Assembly (NCBI GenBank): GCA_963737655.1
Contig: CAVTTN010000002.1
Span: 3,488,001 to 3,552,000 of the forward strand
Direction of reading: 5' to 3'
Source of the DNA: an uncultured Planctomycetota bacterium
GTDB taxonomy: Bacteria; Planctomycetota; Planctomycetia; Isosphaerales; Isosphaeraceae
DNA length: 64,000 nucleotides
The notes under the pieces were generated by a model. It did not search any database. It was not told the origin of the DNA and saw only the letters and a program-made list of their open reading frames with translations. Both the position numbers and the translations under genes were made by a program. The number at the start of each line of letters is the position of its first letter. Within the stretch, counting starts at the first letter, position 1. Positions 60,126-64,000 of this stretch are shown here, piece by piece.

Positions 60126-60309
60126 GACCGGGCCTCCTCGCCGATCGAGCAGGGTCGTGGCGGAGCCATGAGGCGGGGCGGCGGAACGATCATCGGCGTC
60201 TCTGGTCTTCGATCGGGATCAGTCACCGGCCCGTCGGTGACGGCGCCCCCAATCATCTCCGCGCGGGCGGGAGGTTTCAACGGGTCGAGGCGGCTCGGTC
60301 GTCGGAACC

Positions 60310-60927
60310 TCAATGGATGGCCCGTCCGAACATCGAGAAGAGAAGACCCAGGAGGAGCCACAGGGCCAGGAGCGCGGTCCCCGCCCACTCGATCCACCCG
60401 CGAGGGCGGAGGCGGCGGCGTCCCAGGGCGACGAGGCCCCAGGCCACGAGCCCCGCGACCGCCACATGCTGGGCGTCGCGGCTCAGGCTCCCCAGGCAGC
60501 GCACCGGCCAGGTGCTCGGCGGATAGTTATCGAGGAGCCTCGCCATCGATCCGCCATAATCCCGGAACAGCGAGACGACCAGCAAGAAGGCGAAATTCAC
60601 GGGGATCAGCAGCACCACGAACGATCCAGCCAGGCAAGCCGCGACGCCCGGCGACCGAACGGCCTTCCGCAACGGCGTTCGGAGCAGTCCCAGGACCGCC
60701 AGGCCGAGCGTCCACGCTGCGGGGATCGGCAGGAACGGCTCCAGCTCGATCGCGAGGACCGCGAAGAAGTCCCCCGGGCTGAGCGGCTCGATCGGCGACG
60801 ACAGGAACCAGCGATGGAACAACACCCGGGTGCCGCCGAGACCCAGGGCCGTGGCGGCGATCAGCACCAGGCCATCGAGCAGGGTGAACCGGTTGTTTCG
60901 GTCGCGCGTCCGGCCCCGAGCCGCCAT
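60310..60927 (-). CDS. hypothetical membrane protein
   Basis: RFTLLDGLVLIAATA; ~5 TM; WIEWAG. Confidence 0.75.
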   Translation of the reverse strand: MAARGRTRDRNNRFTLLDGLVLIAATALGLGGTRVLFHRWFLSSPIEPLSPGDFFAVLAIELEPFLPIPAAWTLGLAVLGLLRTPLRKAVRSPGVAACLAGSFVVLLIPVNFAFLLVVSLFRDYGGSMARLLDNYPPSTWPVRCLGSLSRDAQHVAVAGLVAWGLVALGRRRLRPRGWIEWAGTALLALWLLLGLLFSMFGRAIH

Positions 60928-61011
60928 GAGAACGCCTCCCCCTGTCTTGATCCTGCGAATGGCCCGATTCTCGACCGTCGCGAAGGACCCAGCCGAGCCG
61001 AAGGATTCGGA

Positions 61012-61887
61012 TCATCGGCCCTTCGAGACGAATTTCAACCCGGCCATCCGGGCCTGGAGCCGGACCAGGGCGGAGTCCGAGATTCGGGTGTCTCCGCAGA
61101 AGAGGGTGCCCAGGTTCCGGCACGATTCGAGATGCGTCAGGCCCTCGTCCCCCACGGGATTGTTGGAGATGTCCAGGAACACCAGGCCATCCCGCCCTCT
61201 CAGGGAGCCGAGCATCTCGTCCGTCACGTCGGACTCGGTCACGGCGAGCCTCTTGAGCCGAGGCAGCGACGCGAGCGGCACCAGCCCGTTGTGCCCGAGT
61301 CGGGCCCGGCTCAGGCCGACGAACTCCAGGTTGCTCAGCTGGCCCAGGGCGAGGATGCCATCGTCGTCGAACGAACATGAATAAAAACTAATCACAGAAA
61401 GGCGTTTCATTCGTCCAATGGATTTCATCCCATTGCCGGAAAGATCCATCCGATGGAGTTCCAGCGCGGTCACTTCGGGGAATCCCGCCAGATCAGCCAG
61501 GCCGAGCTCCGTGACGGTCGGGTCGTGGAGGGTGACGAATCGCAGGCCGGGGAGGTCCCGGAGGGCCGCGATCCCGGCGTCGCCCAGGCGGACGTTGGCC
61601 GAGAGCTCGACGTGGGCCACTCTCCCAAGCCTCCCGATCGACCGGATCGTGTCCGTCGTGATCCTCGGGCCGATCAGGGCCACCGACGCCGGATACTGAG
61701 CCATCCGTCGGACCCAGGACGGGAGATAGCCCTGATGGTTGCGGACCCATTGCGGGTCGTCGTACCGGACCAGCCCGCCCGCGTCCTCGATCTCGGCCGC
61801 GGCCCTCTGCTGATCGATGGCCCGGTAGGCATAGACGGTGAAGAACGCCAGGAGGACGCCGCCGACGATCAGAAGACGCACGGCCAT
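61012..61887 (-). CDS. membrane-anchored leucine-rich repeat protein
   Basis: TM, then QQRAAAEIE..GG.V and LxxLxL..T.V.DxGL repeats. Confidence 0.8.
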   Translation of the reverse strand: MAVRLLIVGGVLLAFFTVYAYRAIDQQRAAAEIEDAGGLVRYDDPQWVRNHQGYLPSWVRRMAQYPASVALIGPRITTDTIRSIGRLGRVAHVELSANVRLGDAGIAALRDLPGLRFVTLHDPTVTELGLADLAGFPEVTALELHRMDLSGNGMKSIGRMKRLSVISFYSCSFDDDGILALGQLSNLEFVGLSRARLGHNGLVPLASLPRLKRLAVTESDVTDEMLGSLRGRDGLVFLDISNNPVGDEGLTHLESCRNLGTLFCGDTRISDSALVRLQARMAGLKFVSKGR

Positions 61888-61919
61888 CCTCGACTTCGGC
61901 AGCCTGCGGAGGAAATCGG

Positions 61920-63730
61920 CTAGCTGCCGGAGCCTTCCCGGACGTTGTATTCCAGTTTCCATCGATGTTCATCCCGGGTGGACTGGCACCAGAGGTCGAG
62001 CGTCCCCACGGCCGTGACCTGCGAAAGGAGCTTCACCGGGACCACGTCCCCCTCCCGGCCGTCCTCGACGCCGAGTGATGTCTCCAGGGGGTCGAGCTCC
62101 TGGAGCTCCTCGGGCGCCCAGCGATCCAGGACGGTGCCGATCTTGTCGTCCCGGCGGACCGTCGAGCCGAGGAAGCGGAACTCGGCGGGCTCGCCGACGA
62201 CGAGGCCGAACTCCGGGCCGGGGACGGCCGCCTCGGTCCCTTCTTCCATGCCCATCGGCACCACGCAGAGGGCCTTGATCGGCGGCTTGACCCCCGGGAC
62301 GGCCGGCGCCGCGGTCTCGATCCCGATGTAATAGGCCCGGGGGACGCCCCCTCGGATGCGAATCCCCTTGCCCTGCCGGACCAGCCCGTAATACGCCGCG
62401 CCGTGGGCCACGGCCAGATCCAGGTCGGCCGCCTCAAGCTGGGGGATCGCCCGGCCCGACCATCCCGAGAGCACCTCGACGACTCGCTCTCGCAACGGAC
62501 CGGCCTGGAACACCCCGCCGTTGAACAGGACGGCCGACGGATGGATGGCCTCGCCCGACGAGTGCAACGAGCCGGCCTGACGGCTCAGGAACCGGGCGAG
62601 ATGCCGGGTGATCGCCGGATCGGCCGCGTAGGGCAGGCCGATCTCGGTCAGGCCGACCCGTCGGCCTCGCGCCGGGGCGTCGGTCGGGCGCATTTGGGGA
62701 AGAAGCCGTCGAGCAGGACCGCGTTCAGGGTCTCGCGGTCGAGCTCCGTCTTCACCGAACCGCCCACGACCTTCGAACCGCGTCCCAGGACGGCCACCGG
62801 CGCCGTGGCCTTCTGAGGGTGGCCGAAGAGCGTTTCCTTGGCCGACCGGCAGGAATACGTCAATGCGATCTTCTGCGAGGCGTCGAGCGCCTCCATCCCC
62901 CCGGGCAGGGTATTGGCGACGGCGTGGGCCAGGGCGAGGTCCATGTTGTCGCCGCCCAACAGAATGTGCTCCCCCACGGCCAGCCTGGTCAATTCGAGGT
63001 CGCCGTTCGTCTCGGTCACGCCGATCAGGGTGAAGTCGGTGGTCCCTCCGCCGACGTCGCAAACCAGCAAGATGTCGCCGACCTTGACTCGCTTCCGCCA
63101 GTCGTCCGACTTCGCCGCCAGCCACGCATAGAATGCCGCTTGCGGTTCTTCGAGGAGCGTCACGTTCACAAGACCGGCGGCCCGGGCGGCCTCGATGGTC
63201 AACTCGCGGGCCGAGGCGTCGAACGAGGCGGGGACGGTCAGCAAGATTTCCTGCTTGCCCAGGCGGTCTTCCGCGGCCTTGCCGATCGAGGCGTTCCACG
63301 AGTCTCGCAGGTGGGCGAGATAGGCCGAACTCGCCTCGACGGGCGAGACCCGATCGACGTCCGGCGGGGCGTTGAACGGCAGGATCTTGGTCTTGCGATC
63401 GACGCCCGAATGCGAGAGCCAGCTCTTGGCCGACGCGACGAGGCGGCCCGGCACCTTCGCGCCGTGATCTCGGGCGAAGGTGCCGACCACGCTCTCGGTC
63501 TTCTTCTTCCAGGGCAGGTCGAGCGAGCCCGAGGGGAATTCGCCGCTCGCCGGCAGATACAGGAACGACGGCAGGACGGCCCGATCGGCGACCTCGCCCG
63601 GCCCGATCACCTGGGGGATGGGCAGGGCCCGGATCGTGGCCGGGCGGTCTTCGGTGGCGTCGCGGAGGTCCGCATAGGCCAGGGCCGAGTTGGTGGTCCC
63701 CAGGTCGATGCCGACGACGAATCGGGCCAT
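61920..63730 (-). CDS. Hsp70/DnaK-like protein; frameshift near 62687
   Basis: Motifs GIDLGTTNS, TVPASFD, EEPQAA, DVGGGTTDF, LGGDNMD, then VLFNGGVF and AVAHGAA in the next frame. Confidence 0.9.
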
Positions 63731-63743
63731 GATCCACCCCGGG

Positions 63744-64000
63744 TTACGGGATCTCCACTTCCGCCGGGGCCAGGACCGACGATTCGTCGCGGGCCCCGGG
63801 CATCACGGGCAGATGGACCGCCTTGACCTTCCATCCGTGGTGCTTCAGCACGCCCTTGAACGGAGGCGATCCCGCGACGTTGCCCGAAAGCCGGATCGCC
63901 GCCGGGTCGAAGTCGGCCGGCACGTTCACCGAGGATTCCTCGGGCTGGTTCAGGACGGGTTCGACCGTCAGGTATTCGCGGAGGGCCTTGCGGCAACCCC
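63744..64000 (-). CDS. DUF2760 domain protein (5' end outside the window)
   Basis: FDPAAIRLSGNV.G.PPFKGVLKHHGW…VLAPAEVEI; the usual partner of this Hsp70 subfamily. Confidence 0.85.
   Translation of the reverse strand, partial: GCRKALREYLTVEPVLNQPEESSVNVPADFDPAAIRLSGNVAGSPPFKGVLKHHGWKVKAVHLPVMPGARDESSVLAPAEVEIP

Noticed and set aside
1..64000. tRNA/rRNA genes, prophage, recognised defence systems
   Set aside because: No cloverleaf/T-loop signatures, rRNA-like tracts, phage structural genes or known defence domains were recognised by eye.

Overview
GC-rich Planctomycetota chromosome segment, most like Isosphaeraceae. This assignment is inferred from a DUF1549/DUF1553 + DUF1501 pair, a DUF1559 prepilin, two LE(A/S)RxL(L/M) secreted proteins, a PEP-CTERM protein and csrA. 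Most of the window is housekeeping or ordinary accessory genes: GH63, GH15-like, rtcB, nucleotide-sugar dehydrogenase, ECF sigma, lysS-lolC/E-lolD-ilvE operon, larA, topoisomerase IB, an ABC system, xdhC/mocA, maf, M28 peptidase and Hsp70/DUF2760. About a dozen genes are broken by single-base indels, mostly in short G/C runs, which looks like long-read error. The non-coding structure is rich. (i) A 2.1-kb lower-GC element (28081-30209) is bounded by 31-bp inverted repeats and carries an unannotated Cys-rich secreted peptide gene, a secreted partner gene and a G-rich array whose units share one 5' start but end at different points. (ii) A promoter-hairpin-terminator unit suggests a ~84-nt sRNA (1703-1786). 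(iii) An IS4-type element sits inside a GTAG-type REP with a 12-bp target duplication. (iv) At least five palindromic repeat families are present. (v) Sigma54-like promoters precede csrA, rtcB and a stress-gene cluster. No rRNA, tRNA or CRISPR array was seen. All calls are by eye from sequence motifs; no database searches were run.
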